NCBI GenBank assembly: GCA_965221605.1
Contig: CBDCSK010000004.1
Location: 209,331 to 273,330 of the forward strand
DNA from: Candidatus Aldehydirespirator sp.
Lineage (GTDB): Bacteria; Actinomycetota; Acidimicrobiia; Acidimicrobiales; Aldehydirespiratoraceae
Direction: 5' to 3'
DNA length: 64,000 nt
A program made the position numbers and the translations under genes. The first letter of the stretch is position 1. Every line of letters begins with the position of its first letter. The notes under the pieces are model-generated. The model had not been told where the DNA came from, ran no database searches, and saw only the letters and a program-made list of their open reading frames with translations. This document shows, piece after piece, positions 25,888 to 34,805 of the stretch.

Positions 25888-27080
25888 GCGATCACCCCCG
25901 CGGATGCCAGGGCATCGACTCGGGCCTGGTCGTAGCCGGCTTCGGCCAGCAGTTCGGCGGTGTCGGTCTGAGCGAGGTCGGGTAGCTCGCATCGGTCGCC
26001 GAACGCCTGGGCGCCGGCCCACACCGGGCCGACCTGTTCCACGGTGCCGTCGGTGGGATGCTCGGCCTTCACCACTGCTCTCCGGACCCGGTACTGCTCG
26101 TCGTGGACGGCCTCCGAGACGCTGTTTACCGGCGCTACGCAGCAGTCGGCGGGTCCCAGCCGGCGGACCCACTCGTCGCGACCAGCGGTGGCGAAGCGGG
26201 CCGCCAGTGCCTCCCGGATCTCGTTCTGGCGGTCGTCTTCGGTCTGGGCGTCGAGGTACTCCTCAATATCGAGGGCCCGGCACAAATTGGCCCAGAACGC
26301 GGGCTCGATGGCGGCCACCGACAGGTACTGACCGTCGGCGCAGGCATAGACGCCGTAGCAGGCGTACCGGCCGGTGAGGATGTAGTGGCCCGGACCCGGC
26401 TCGACGCCGGTGGCCAGATGCTCGTCGGCGTAAAGCGCCATCATGCCCAGCGCCCCGTCGGCCACCGACACGTCGAGGTACTCCCCGCAGCCGGTGCGTT
26501 CCCGGCGTAGCAGGGCGGCCATGACCGCCATAGCGGCATGCATCCCGCCTGCGGCGATGTCGGCCACCGTGGCTCCGGGCAGCGCGGGTACGCCGTCGCC
26601 GTCGCGGCCGCTGCAGTGGAGGTAGCCCGACACGGCCAGGTAGTTGAGGTCGTGGCCGGCCCACCGGCTGCGAGGACCGCTCTGGCCGTAGCCGCTGGTG
26701 GAGCAGTAGACGATGCGGTCGTTGACGGCCCGGACGGCGGGGTAGCCGATGCCGAGGCGCTCGGCCACGCCGGGACGGAAGCTCTCCACTACTACATCGG
26801 CGGCCCGGGCCAGGTCGAGGAACGCGCCGCGCCCGCCGTCGTCCTTGAGGTCGAGCAGGGCCCGCCTCATTCTCCGGTGGCCGCTGTAGGCGTAGGCGGG
26901 GGGCACGGTGGCGACCCCGGCCTGCCGGGGCACGGGACCGACCTTCACCACTTCCGCGCCGTAGTCGGCCAGCAGCCGGGTGGCCCGAGCGGCAGGTCCT
27001 ACCGAGGACAGGTCGAGCACTCTGGTCCCCTCGAGAGCCCCTGGGTGGGCGGTCGGCGACGCTGGGGTTGTCACGGGCAT
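25884..27080 (-). CDS. Family III (CaiB/BaiF) CoA-transferase / racemase-like
   Basis: 398 aa with LEGTRVLDLSSVGPAARATRLLADYGAEVVKV, VVESFRPG and the family-typical ...DLNYLA.... Confidence 0.85.
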   Translation of the reverse strand: MPVTTPASPTAHPGALEGTRVLDLSSVGPAARATRLLADYGAEVVKVGPVPRQAGVATVPPAYAYSGHRRMRRALLDLKDDGGRGAFLDLARAADVVVESFRPGVAERLGIGYPAVRAVNDRIVYCSTSGYGQSGPRSRWAGHDLNYLAVSGYLHCSGRDGDGVPALPGATVADIAAGGMHAAMAVMAALLRRERTGCGEYLDVSVADGALGMMALYADEHLATGVEPGPGHYILTGRYACYGVYACADGQYLSVAAIEPAFWANLCRALDIEEYLDAQTEDDRQNEIREALAARFATAGRDEWVRRLGPADCCVAPVNSVSEAVHDEQYRVRRAVVKAEHPTDGTVEQVGPVWAGAQAFGDRCELPDLAQTDTAELLAEAGYDQARVDALASAGVIA

Positions 27081-27084
27081 GCCC

Positions 27085-28308
27085 TCAGAAGTTCTTGGGG
27101 AGGCCGAGGCCCCGGCGGGCGATGATGTTCTTCTGGATCTCCGAGGCGCCCCCGCCGATGGTGTCGATCACGGTGAAGCGGTACGTGGAGTCGGCCCGGC
27201 CCTTCATCGGGGCGTCGGCGGTGTGCACCCTCAGCTGCGAGCCCGGTCCGGCGATGTCCATGGACGCGTCGGCCAGGCGCTTGGACAGCTCGGTGGCGTA
27301 GAGCTTGTACTCCGAGGCGGCCACCGTGGGCGGCTGGAACCCCTCCTTGCCTTCTCGCACCGCCTGCTCGACCTTGACCGCCTCGGCCACGAACTTGAGC
27401 CCCAGCACCCGGGCCACCTCGGCCTCGGTGTGCAGGTTGGCGAGCCGGGCCCGCACCCGGGGATCGTCCCGCACCGCCTCGCCGTCGCGCTCTGCGGTCT
27501 GGACCCAGTCGGTCAGCAGGTCGAGGCGCTGCTTGATGGGCGAGAACGTGAACATCGTGAAGCGCTCGAGGTCGAGGGCCTGGCTGATGTAGCGGAACCC
27601 GTGGTTGACCTCACCCACCACGTAGTCGTCGGGCACGAAGACGTCGTCGAGGAACACCGAGTTGGTGCGCTCGTCGCCCATGGTCCAGATGCCGTCGATG
27701 GTGATGCCGGGCTGGTCCAGGGGCACCAGCATCAAGGTGATGCCCATGTGCTTGTTGTCCGGGTCGGTGCGGGTGCCCAGCCAGTACCACTCCGCGAAGT
27801 GAGCGGAGGTGGTCCAGATCTTCTGGCCGTTGAGGAGCCAGCCCTCGGCGCCGTCCTCGGCGGTGTGACGCTCGGCCTTCAAGCGCATGGAGGCCGCGTC
27901 GGAGCCGGCGTCGGGCTCGGAGTAACCCACCGCGAACTCCACGTCGTTCTCGAGGATCATGGGCAGGAACTCGGCCTTCAGCGTCTCGGAGCCGTGGGCG
28001 ATGATGGTCTTGCCCACGATGCCGACCCCCTTGCCGATCTGGGGCCCGCCCCGGGCGGCCAGCGCCTCGTTCAGCAGGTACTCGTAGACGCCCTCGCCCT
28101 CGCTGCCGCCGTACTCGGCGGGCCAGGTGATCCCCAGCCAGCCCTTGCGGCCCATCTCCTTCATGAACGCCCGCCGCTTGGGGGTGTCCACCAGCTGGGC
28201 CATGTTCTCGCGGGTCAGGTCGAACACGTCGGGGTCGTCGTGGGCGTCCAGGAAGGCCTCGACGGTGGCCGCGAACGCCTTCTGCTCCTCGGAGAACTCG
28301 AAATCCAC
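27085..28308 (-). CDS. Acyl-CoA dehydrogenase
   Basis: 407 aa: MDFEFSEEQKAF..., GYSEPDAGSDAASM, GQKIWTT, GGGASEIQKNIIA. Confidence 0.9.
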   Translation of the reverse strand: MDFEFSEEQKAFAATVEAFLDAHDDPDVFDLTRENMAQLVDTPKRRAFMKEMGRKGWLGITWPAEYGGSEGEGVYEYLLNEALAARGGPQIGKGVGIVGKTIIAHGSETLKAEFLPMILENDVEFAVGYSEPDAGSDAASMRLKAERHTAEDGAEGWLLNGQKIWTTSAHFAEWYWLGTRTDPDNKHMGITLMLVPLDQPGITIDGIWTMGDERTNSVFLDDVFVPDDYVVGEVNHGFRYISQALDLERFTMFTFSPIKQRLDLLTDWVQTAERDGEAVRDDPRVRARLANLHTEAEVARVLGLKFVAEAVKVEQAVREGKEGFQPPTVAASEYKLYATELSKRLADASMDIAGPGSQLRVHTADAPMKGRADSTYRFTVIDTIGGGASEIQKNIIARRGLGLPKNF

Positions 28309-28370
28309 CGGCGGCCCCCTGAGCTGGCTGCGACAGAGGGCAGCGTACCGGCGGCCTGCCGACCGGCGGA

Positions 28371-29624
28371 TCAGATCACACCGTCGGCCCGGAGCCTGTC
28401 CAGCTCGTCGGGGTCCAGCCCGAGCTCTGCCGTGAGCACGGCGTCGGTGTGCTCCCCCAGCCAGGGGACCCTGGTCTCGGGACCCTCAGCGGTCCGGCTC
28501 ATCTTGATCGGGTTCCCCGGGATGAAGACCGGGTTGCCGCCATCGGGCCGGGGCATCTCCACGATCATGTTGCGTCCGGCCACGTGCGGGTCGGCGCACA
28601 CCTCCGCGCTGGTCATCGACGGCCCGGCCGCGAGGCCCTGCGCGGTCAGCGCCTCTACCGCTTCTGTGCTGGTCTTGCCGGCGGCCCACCGCTCCACGCC
28701 GGGACGCAGCACATCCTCGAGGTGCATCACCCAGCCGCCGCGGGAGGCAAGACGGCTGTCGTGGAGCCACTGGGGATTGCCGGTGACCTCGGCCAGGCGC
28801 TCGAAGTGGTGCTCGCGGACCACCTGCAGCACGAAGTGACCCTGCCCGGCTGCGAAGGTCTCGACGATGCCCACGTCGGCGTCCGCCTCGTCGGCAATGC
28901 CCATCGAGAAGAAGTTCGTGACGATGTCGGTCATGGCGATGGTGGCGTCGAGCATGGCCACATCGATGTGCTGGCCCAGTCCCGACCCCGGTCCCGGCTG
29001 ATCCCGCTGGCGCAGTGCGGCCAGCACGCCGATCACCCCGAACAGGGCCGCGGAGATGTCACCGAGAGCGCCCACTGGATTGGCGGTGGGAGGATGGTCC
29101 GGCCTTCGCTTGTACTCGAGGATGCCCGACATGGCCTCTACGATCGACGCGTAGGCGGCCCGGTCGCGGTAGGGCGACTCCGGCCCGCTGCCGAAGCCCG
29201 ACACCGACAGGTACACCGCACCGGGGTGCACGGCCTGCACCGCCCCATAGCCGATCCCGAGTGCGTCGGCGCCGCCGGCCTTGAAGTTCTCGCACACCAC
29301 GTCGAAGTGGGGCGCGAGGCGAAGGAAGATCTCCACACCCCGCGGGTCCTTCAGGTTCAGGGTGACGCTGCGCTTGTTGAGGTTGTTGCGCAGGAAGGTG
29401 GCGCCCACCTCGTGCCCCTCCGGGTCGGTGATGGCGGGCTGTGACTGGCGACCCGTCTCACCGGCGCCGGGCCGCTCCACCTTGACCACCTCGGCACCGA
29501 GCCGGGCCATGAGCTGCGTGGCGAAGGGCAGCGCGGCCATCTGCTCGGCTGCCAGCACCCGGACGCCGTCCAGCGGGCGGGGTCCGCCGGCGAAGGCCTC
29601 GTTGGCGATGTCTCCGAGCTTCAC
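28371..29624 (-). CDS. Family III (CaiB/BaiF) CoA-transferase
   Basis: 417 aa with LDGVRVLAAEQMAALPFATQLMARLGAEVVKVE and VVCENFKAG. Confidence 0.85.
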   Translation of the reverse strand: MKLGDIANEAFAGGPRPLDGVRVLAAEQMAALPFATQLMARLGAEVVKVERPGAGETGRQSQPAITDPEGHEVGATFLRNNLNKRSVTLNLKDPRGVEIFLRLAPHFDVVCENFKAGGADALGIGYGAVQAVHPGAVYLSVSGFGSGPESPYRDRAAYASIVEAMSGILEYKRRPDHPPTANPVGALGDISAALFGVIGVLAALRQRDQPGPGSGLGQHIDVAMLDATIAMTDIVTNFFSMGIADEADADVGIVETFAAGQGHFVLQVVREHHFERLAEVTGNPQWLHDSRLASRGGWVMHLEDVLRPGVERWAAGKTSTEAVEALTAQGLAAGPSMTSAEVCADPHVAGRNMIVEMPRPDGGNPVFIPGNPIKMSRTAEGPETRVPWLGEHTDAVLTAELGLDPDELDRLRADGVI

Positions 29625-29660
29625 GTCCGCAGTGTGATCCGGGCGCCGCCTGCTCCGCCC

Positions 29661-30449
29661 TCAGTACAGCGAGCCGGAACGCACTACCGGATCCTCGCCT
29701 CTGGCCCGGCGCAGCTCGTCGTCGAGGGCTCTCGTGAGGGACACCAGGTCGGATGTGGCCGTGACCATCCTGAACCCCTGCTCGACGCGCCGCGGGCACA
29801 GCTCGGCGGAGGTGTGGCACCCGGCCACCACGCCGTGGCGGGCGCAGCCGGCCGCGATGGTGGCCAGGGCGTCGTCGAAGAGTGCGTTGCCGTCGTTGTT
29901 GCCCGGCGGCAGGCCCAGGGTCAGCGACAGGTCCGAGGGCCCCACGTAGGCGGCGTCCACTCCGGGCACCGACAGGATGTCGTCGAGGTTCTCGATGGCC
30001 TCCGCCGTCTCGATCATCGGGATCACGGCCACATCGGCGTTGGCGTGGGCGTAGTAGTCCGGTCCCTCCTGGCGCAGCACCCGCGCCGGGCCGTAGCTGC
30101 GGATGCCGTCGGGCGCGAACCGGCACGCCCGCACGGCCGCCTCGGCCTCGATCCGGGTGTTGACCATCGGCACGACGATTCCACGGGCGCCGGCGTCGAG
30201 GCTCTTTCCGATCAGTCCGGCGTCGTTCTGCAGCACCCGCACCAGGGGAGTGACCGATCCGAGGTTGATGGCCTGCAGCATCTTCCAGGTCTCGTCGTGG
30301 TCGTTGAAGCCGTGCTGGGTGTCGACGCAGACGTAGTCGAAGTCGCAGCGGGCCACGATCTCGGCCGAGAACGCATTGGGGATGGTCAGCCAGGCCCCGA
30401 CCGCGGTCTCCCCGGCCGCCCAGCGCTCTCTCATCGGATTGCTTCTCAT
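29661..30449 (-). CDS. HpcH/HpaI-family class II aldolase/lyase
   Basis: Start trimmed to MRSNPMRERW (ATG at 30449). Blocks DYVCVDTQHG, IVPMVNT, PMIETAEAIENLDDI and YVGPSDLSLTLG. Confidence 0.85.
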   Translation of the reverse strand: MRSNPMRERWAAGETAVGAWLTIPNAFSAEIVARCDFDYVCVDTQHGFNDHDETWKMLQAINLGSVTPLVRVLQNDAGLIGKSLDAGARGIVVPMVNTRIEAEAAVRACRFAPDGIRSYGPARVLRQEGPDYYAHANADVAVIPMIETAEAIENLDDILSVPGVDAAYVGPSDLSLTLGLPPGNNDGNALFDDALATIAAGCARHGVVAGCHTSAELCPRRVEQGFRMVTATSDLVSLTRALDDELRRARGEDPVVRSGSLY

Positions 30450-30637
30450 GGCGATGACTTCTATCAGGTGTTTGCCGCGGGGCGGGCAACGGCCGCATCC
30501 TTGTCGCTGAACTCCGACCGAACAGGAGGACCCGAGGGAAGGGCCAACCGGTAGCCTCCGGTGACCGGGACGCTCAGCGGGCCCCGCAGCGGGTCGGAGC
30601 GTCAACGCAAAGCACAAGCAGCCTCCGAGGAGACACC

Positions 30638-31138
30638 ATGGCCGAGATCACGTTCCGGGGCAATCCCGTCCACACCAGCGGCGACCTGCCGGCCGTGGGC
30701 AATGAGGCACCGGCCTTCACCCTCACCGGAGGGGACCTCGGCGCGGTGACGTCAGAGGGCCTGGCAGGCGGCCGGGTGGTGCTGAACATCTTCCCGTCGA
30801 TCGACACTCCGACCTGTGCCCAGAGCGTGCGCACCTTCAACGAGCGTGCCGCCGGCATCGAGGACACGACCGTCGTGTGCGTGTCGGCCGACCTGCCCTT
30901 TGCGGCGGGCCGATTCTGCGGCGCCGAGGGCATCGAGAACGTCTCCATCGGCTCGACCTTCCGCAACCCCGAGTTCCTCGACGACTACGGGGTCGGCATC
31001 AGCGGGGGACCGCTGGCCGGCCTGTGCGCCCGGGCGGTTGTGGTCATCGGCTCCGATGGCACCGTGCTGCACTCGCAGCTGGTTCCGGAGATCGCCGACG
31101 AGCCCGACTACGACGCCGCCCTGTCCGCCCTCGGCTAA
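30638..31138 (+). CDS. tpx: Thiol peroxidase (atypical 2-Cys peroxiredoxin)
   Basis: 166 aa with GNEAPAFTL, FPSIDTPTCA (peroxidatic Cys) and SADLPFAAGRFCGAEG (resolving Cys). Confidence 0.9.
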   Translation: MAEITFRGNPVHTSGDLPAVGNEAPAFTLTGGDLGAVTSEGLAGGRVVLNIFPSIDTPTCAQSVRTFNERAAGIEDTTVVCVSADLPFAAGRFCGAEGIENVSIGSTFRNPEFLDDYGVGISGGPLAGLCARAVVVIGSDGTVLHSQLVPEIADEPDYDAALSALG

Positions 31139-31270
31139 GAGGCCGAGCGAGTAGGCGGGATGACGCGGCCCATACGGCGCGAGGCCGTGGCCCGAGCGGC
31201 CCGTGAGCGCAGCGAACGAGAGCGGGAAAGACCCCGGTGCAACGCGAGGGGCTTGCACCTACCCGCGCAC
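31139..31270. repeat. Single copy of the ~138-bp intergenic repeat family (see 57091-57378)
   Basis: Shares gaggccgagcg.gtaggcggga and the identical 39-nt core gcgaggccgtggcccgagcggcccgtgagcgcagcgaac with the rpsT-lepA tandem units. Starts directly after the tpx stop. Confidence 0.8.
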
Positions 31271-31286
31271 CTTCTAGGCCCGGGTA

Positions 31287-32399
31287 TCAGGAGGCCGTGT
31301 CGAGAGCCTCGGTGCAGCGGTCCAGGGCGTAGTCGATGAACATCCGGGCCCCGCTGTCGTCGTAGTGCTGGTTGTCGCCCATGGCGCCCGCGGTGTGGCG
31401 CACCCGCACGCCCTCGATGATGCAGGCCACCCGCCAGAACTGCAGGGCCACGTACCACTCGAGCGACGACAGGTCCCGCTCGGAGCGCCGGCCGTAGCGC
31501 TCCAGCACGTCCGCCGGGGTCCCGAACCCCTCGACGGTGGTGGGCATCTCGGCCAGGCGTCCGGAGGCCTCCGGGTCGCCCCACCACGTCACCAGGCCGG
31601 CCACGTCCACCAGCACGTCGCCGAGGGTGCACAGCTCCCAGTCGAGCACCGCGGCCACCGAGCCGTCGGCGGCCATGATGCAGTTGTCGAGGCGGTAGTC
31701 GCCGTGGACGATCCCCTCCCCCTGCTGCTCGGGGATCGAGGCCACCAGCCGGTCGTGGAGCTCGCGCACCAGCGGTAGGTCCCGGTCGGATCCCTCGTCC
31801 ACCTGGCGCTGCCAGCGCCGCAGTTGACGGGCGCAGTAGCCCTCGCGGCGGCCCAGGTCGCCCAGGCCCACCTCATCCGGGTCCAGGGAGTGCAGGTCGG
31901 CAAGGGTATCGATGATCGAGCGGGCCATGACCGGGCGGACGGCCTCGTCGACGGTGGCGGCGTCGTCCCGGTCGAACACCACGGAGCCCTCGACATGGTC
32001 CATCACGTAGAAGTCGGCGCCGTTGACGGTCGCGTCGGCGCACAGCCCCAGCGCGGGCGGCACCGGCACCGGCGTGGGCGCCAGCGCCGAGATCACCCGG
32101 TGCTCGCGGCCCATGTCGTGGGCGCTGGCCAGCACGTGGCCGGTGGGCGGGCGCCGCAGCACCACCCGCCGGCCGGCCGCGTCGGTCACCACGAACGTGA
32201 GGTTCGACGCCCCGCCCGTGATCGGCTCGAAGTCGAGGGGCGGGGCCACTCCCACCTCGGCCGCCAGCCACGCGGTCACCGGCTCCGGATCGATTCCCTT
32301 CGGTGCTCTGGCCACGGCGCTAGCGTCGCCGGGCCGGACCTCGATTGCAAACGGCAGCAGGTTCGGGCGCGATCGTCGCGCCGGCAGGGGAGGGGTCAT
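31287..32399 (-). CDS. Phosphotransferase-family (APH-like) kinase, of the type found next to acyl-CoA dehydrogenases
   Basis: 370 aa with VLRRPP, the Brenner-type motif IVHGDYRLDNCIM, and VLDWELCTLGD. The start is uncertain because it lies 3 bp from the divergent start. Confidence 0.75.
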   Translation of the reverse strand: MTPPLPARRSRPNLLPFAIEVRPGDASAVARAPKGIDPEPVTAWLAAEVGVAPPLDFEPITGGASNLTFVVTDAAGRRVVLRRPPTGHVLASAHDMGREHRVISALAPTPVPVPPALGLCADATVNGADFYVMDHVEGSVVFDRDDAATVDEAVRPVMARSIIDTLADLHSLDPDEVGLGDLGRREGYCARQLRRWQRQVDEGSDRDLPLVRELHDRLVASIPEQQGEGIVHGDYRLDNCIMAADGSVAAVLDWELCTLGDVLVDVAGLVTWWGDPEASGRLAEMPTTVEGFGTPADVLERYGRRSERDLSSLEWYVALQFWRVACIIEGVRVRHTAGAMGDNQHYDDSGARMFIDYALDRCTEALDTAS

Positions 32400-32401
32400 C
32401 G

Positions 32402-33385
32402 ATGAGAGTGGGCTTCATCGGATTGGGCAACGTGGGGTCGAAGCTGGCCGGCAGCCTGCTGCGCAACGGCTTCGACCTGGTGGTGCGGGACCTGGACCGC
32501 TCGGCTGCGACCGCGCTGGAGGCTCAGGGCGCGGGCTGGGCCGGCAGCCCCGCCGAGATGGCGGCCACCGTCGACATGGTGATCACGTGCCTGCCCAGCC
32601 CTGCGGCCAGCGCCGCGGTGATGGAGGCCGGTGACGGGATCCTGGCCGGCTTTGCCTCCCGGACCGGCCGCGGCGACGGTGCCGACGCTCCGATCTGGGC
32701 CGAGATGAGCACCACTGACGAGGCCGAGGTGCGGCGGCTGGCCGCGCTGGTGACCAGTACGGGCGGCGCGGCTCTCGACTGTCCGGTGTCGGGCGGCTGC
32801 CACCGGGCCACCACCGGCAACATCTCGATCTTCGCGGGCTGCGACCGGCCCACCTTCGAGCGGGCCCTACCCGTGCTGACCGCCATGGGCCGCAACATCC
32901 TGCACGCCGGGCCCATCGGCTCGGCGTCGATCCTCAAGGTGGTCACCAACTACCTGGCCACCGCCAACCTGGTGTCGCTGTGCGAGGCGCTGGTCACCTC
33001 GAAGCTGGCCGGCATAGATCTCAACACCGCCTATGAGGCCATCCGCATCTCGTCGGGCAACTCGTTCGTGCATGAGACCGAGAGCCAGGTGGTGCTCAAC
33101 GGCAGCCGCGACATCAACTTCACCATGGACCTGGTGCAGAAGGACCTGTCGCTGTTCGCGGCGGTGGCCGAGCGGGCCGGGGTGCCGCTGGAGCTGTCGC
33201 CCGTGCTGATCGACATCTTCGAGGACGCCGCGGCCCGATACGGGCCTCGGGAGTGGTCGCCGAACGTGGTCCGGCGGCTGGAGGAGGCCACCGGGGTGTC
33301 GGTGCTGGCTCCAGGGTTCCCGGCCGAGATGATCGACGACGAGCCCGAGGTCCCCGGCCGCGAGGTGGTCGTCACGCGCCGATAG
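32402..33385 (+). CDS. NAD(P)-dependent oxidoreductase, 3-hydroxyisobutyrate dehydrogenase-like family
   Basis: Start is the ATG at 32402 (MRVGFIGLGNVGSKLA Rossmann motif). Also DCPVSGG, KVVTNYL and QKDLSL. Confidence 0.85.
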   Translation: MRVGFIGLGNVGSKLAGSLLRNGFDLVVRDLDRSAATALEAQGAGWAGSPAEMAATVDMVITCLPSPAASAAVMEAGDGILAGFASRTGRGDGADAPIWAEMSTTDEAEVRRLAALVTSTGGAALDCPVSGGCHRATTGNISIFAGCDRPTFERALPVLTAMGRNILHAGPIGSASILKVVTNYLATANLVSLCEALVTSKLAGIDLNTAYEAIRISSGNSFVHETESQVVLNGSRDINFTMDLVQKDLSLFAAVAERAGVPLELSPVLIDIFEDAAARYGPREWSPNVVRRLEEATGVSVLAPGFPAEMIDDEPEVPGREVVVTRR

Positions 33386-33425
33386 CAAGGCCGCCCCGGC
33401 CGGCGGGTCCTGTCGCCGAGGCCGT

Positions 33426-33459
33426 CCGACCGACGGGGCTTCGCCCCATTGTCGGTCGG
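33426..33459. terminator. Strong GC hairpin between convergent genes (possible bidirectional, U-tract-less terminator)
   Basis: CCGACCGAC-GGGGC-TTC-GCCCC-ATT-GTCGGTCGG forms 9+5 bp of stem. Located 41 bp after the stop at 33385 and 83 bp from the convergent stop at 33542. Confidence 0.4.
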
Positions 33460-33529
33460 CCGTTCCTCGCCGCCACCCCCCGGCCTCGCCGGTTCGTTCG
33501 CCCCATTGTCGGTCGGCCGTTCCTCGCCG
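33440..33529. repeat. 57-bp-period direct duplication of a 33-nt segment
   Basis: ttcgccccattgtcggtcggccgttcctcgccg occurs at 33440-33472 and again at 33497-33529. Confidence 0.9.
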
Positions 33530-33541
33530 GACCGGCGTTGG

Positions 33542-34783
33542 CTAGCCGAAGGCGCCGTTGGCGCGGAGGTCTGTGATCTCGTCGGTGCCTAGGCCTAGGA
33601 CCTGGGCCATTACTTGGTCGGTGTGCTGGCCTACGGTGGGGGCCTTTGTGGGGGTGGGCGGCTTGTGGCCGTCGACGAAGACCGGGAGGGGGAGCTGCTC
33701 GCAGCCGAGCTCCTCGGTTGAGAGGAAGCCGATGCGGGCCTGGAACTGGGGATCGTCGCCTATGTTGGCCGGCGTGTTGAACGGGGCGATCGGCGTGTTG
33801 ACCTCGTTGCCGAAGTCGAGCCACTCCTCGCAGGTCTTGGTGGCGAAGATGGCGGTGAGCTCCCGCTGCAGCTCGGTGTTGCCCCTGGCGTGGTCGGCGT
33901 AGGTGGACCCGGGCCAGCGCTCGAACAGGTCCATGCGGCCGACGCCCTCGCAGAAATTGCGCCAGAAGGCCTGCTCCGACGCCATGAACAGCACATGGCC
34001 GTCGGACGCGGCGTAGGCCTGGTAGCGCACGCCCTCCCACATCCCGGCCAGGCCCGCGGGCCGGCGCACGTAGTCGTCGGACGGGTTGCCGGTCACCTCG
34101 ACGGCGGGCCGCTGGTAGGCCCGCTCGGTCTCGATGCGGTACCAGTCCATGTAGGCCGAGGCGTCGGACTGGGCCACCTCGAGCTGGCATCCCTCGCCGG
34201 TGTCCCGGGCTTTGATCACCGCGGCCAGCACCGCCAGCGCGGCCAGCATCGGGCCGACGTTGATGCCGACGTTGGGCATGTCGGGCGGGATGCGGGTGAA
34301 GCCCTCGTCATCGACGAAGGGCTGCACGATCCCGGACCAGGTGTCGTAGGCGATGCCGTGGCTGGGCATGTCCTTGTACGGGCCGGTGGCTCCGTAGCCC
34401 GACAGGGTGGCGAGCACCAGCCGGGGGTTGGCCGCGCTCAGCACGTTGTAGCCGAGGCCGAGGCGGTCCAGCGTGCCGGGCCGCATGGCCTCCACCACCA
34501 CGTCGGCGCCCGCGGCCAGGTCGATGTACAGCTGGCGGCCGGCGGGGTTCTTGAGGTCGAGGGTGACGCTGCGCTTGCCCCGGTGGGTGTGCAGGTGCAG
34601 CAGCGACACGCCCTCGACGATGGGCCAGGTCATCTGGCGGATGTAGTCGCCGGCGGGGGACTCGACCTTGATCACGTCCGCGCCCAGGTCGGCCAGGAAC
34701 GTGCCCAGATGGCCCGGCCCGAGCAGGCTGGACTCGATCACCCTCACCCCGGCCAGCAGGCCCCGAGGCTGCCCTTCAGTCAC
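33542..34783 (-). CDS. Family III (CaiB/BaiF) CoA-transferase
   Basis: 413 aa with LAGVRVIESSLLGPGHLGTFLADLGADVIKVE and VVVEAMRPG. Confidence 0.85.
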   Translation of the reverse strand: MTEGQPRGLLAGVRVIESSLLGPGHLGTFLADLGADVIKVESPAGDYIRQMTWPIVEGVSLLHLHTHRGKRSVTLDLKNPAGRQLYIDLAAGADVVVEAMRPGTLDRLGLGYNVLSAANPRLVLATLSGYGATGPYKDMPSHGIAYDTWSGIVQPFVDDEGFTRIPPDMPNVGINVGPMLAALAVLAAVIKARDTGEGCQLEVAQSDASAYMDWYRIETERAYQRPAVEVTGNPSDDYVRRPAGLAGMWEGVRYQAYAASDGHVLFMASEQAFWRNFCEGVGRMDLFERWPGSTYADHARGNTELQRELTAIFATKTCEEWLDFGNEVNTPIAPFNTPANIGDDPQFQARIGFLSTEELGCEQLPLPVFVDGHKPPTPTKAPTVGQHTDQVMAQVLGLGTDEITDLRANGAFG

Positions 34784-34805
34784 GGCCGCCAGTGTAAGGA
34801 GCGGC

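Noticed and set aside
24064-28839. Long plus-strand ORFs (623 aa at 24064..25935 and 619 aa at 26980..28839) across the CoA-transferase/ACAD operon
   Set aside because: They are antisense to genes with strong family motifs and their translations are low-complexity. The same applies to 34668..36467 (+), 37691..39193 (+), 19069..20292 (+), 22129..23601 (-) and 44511..45581 (-).
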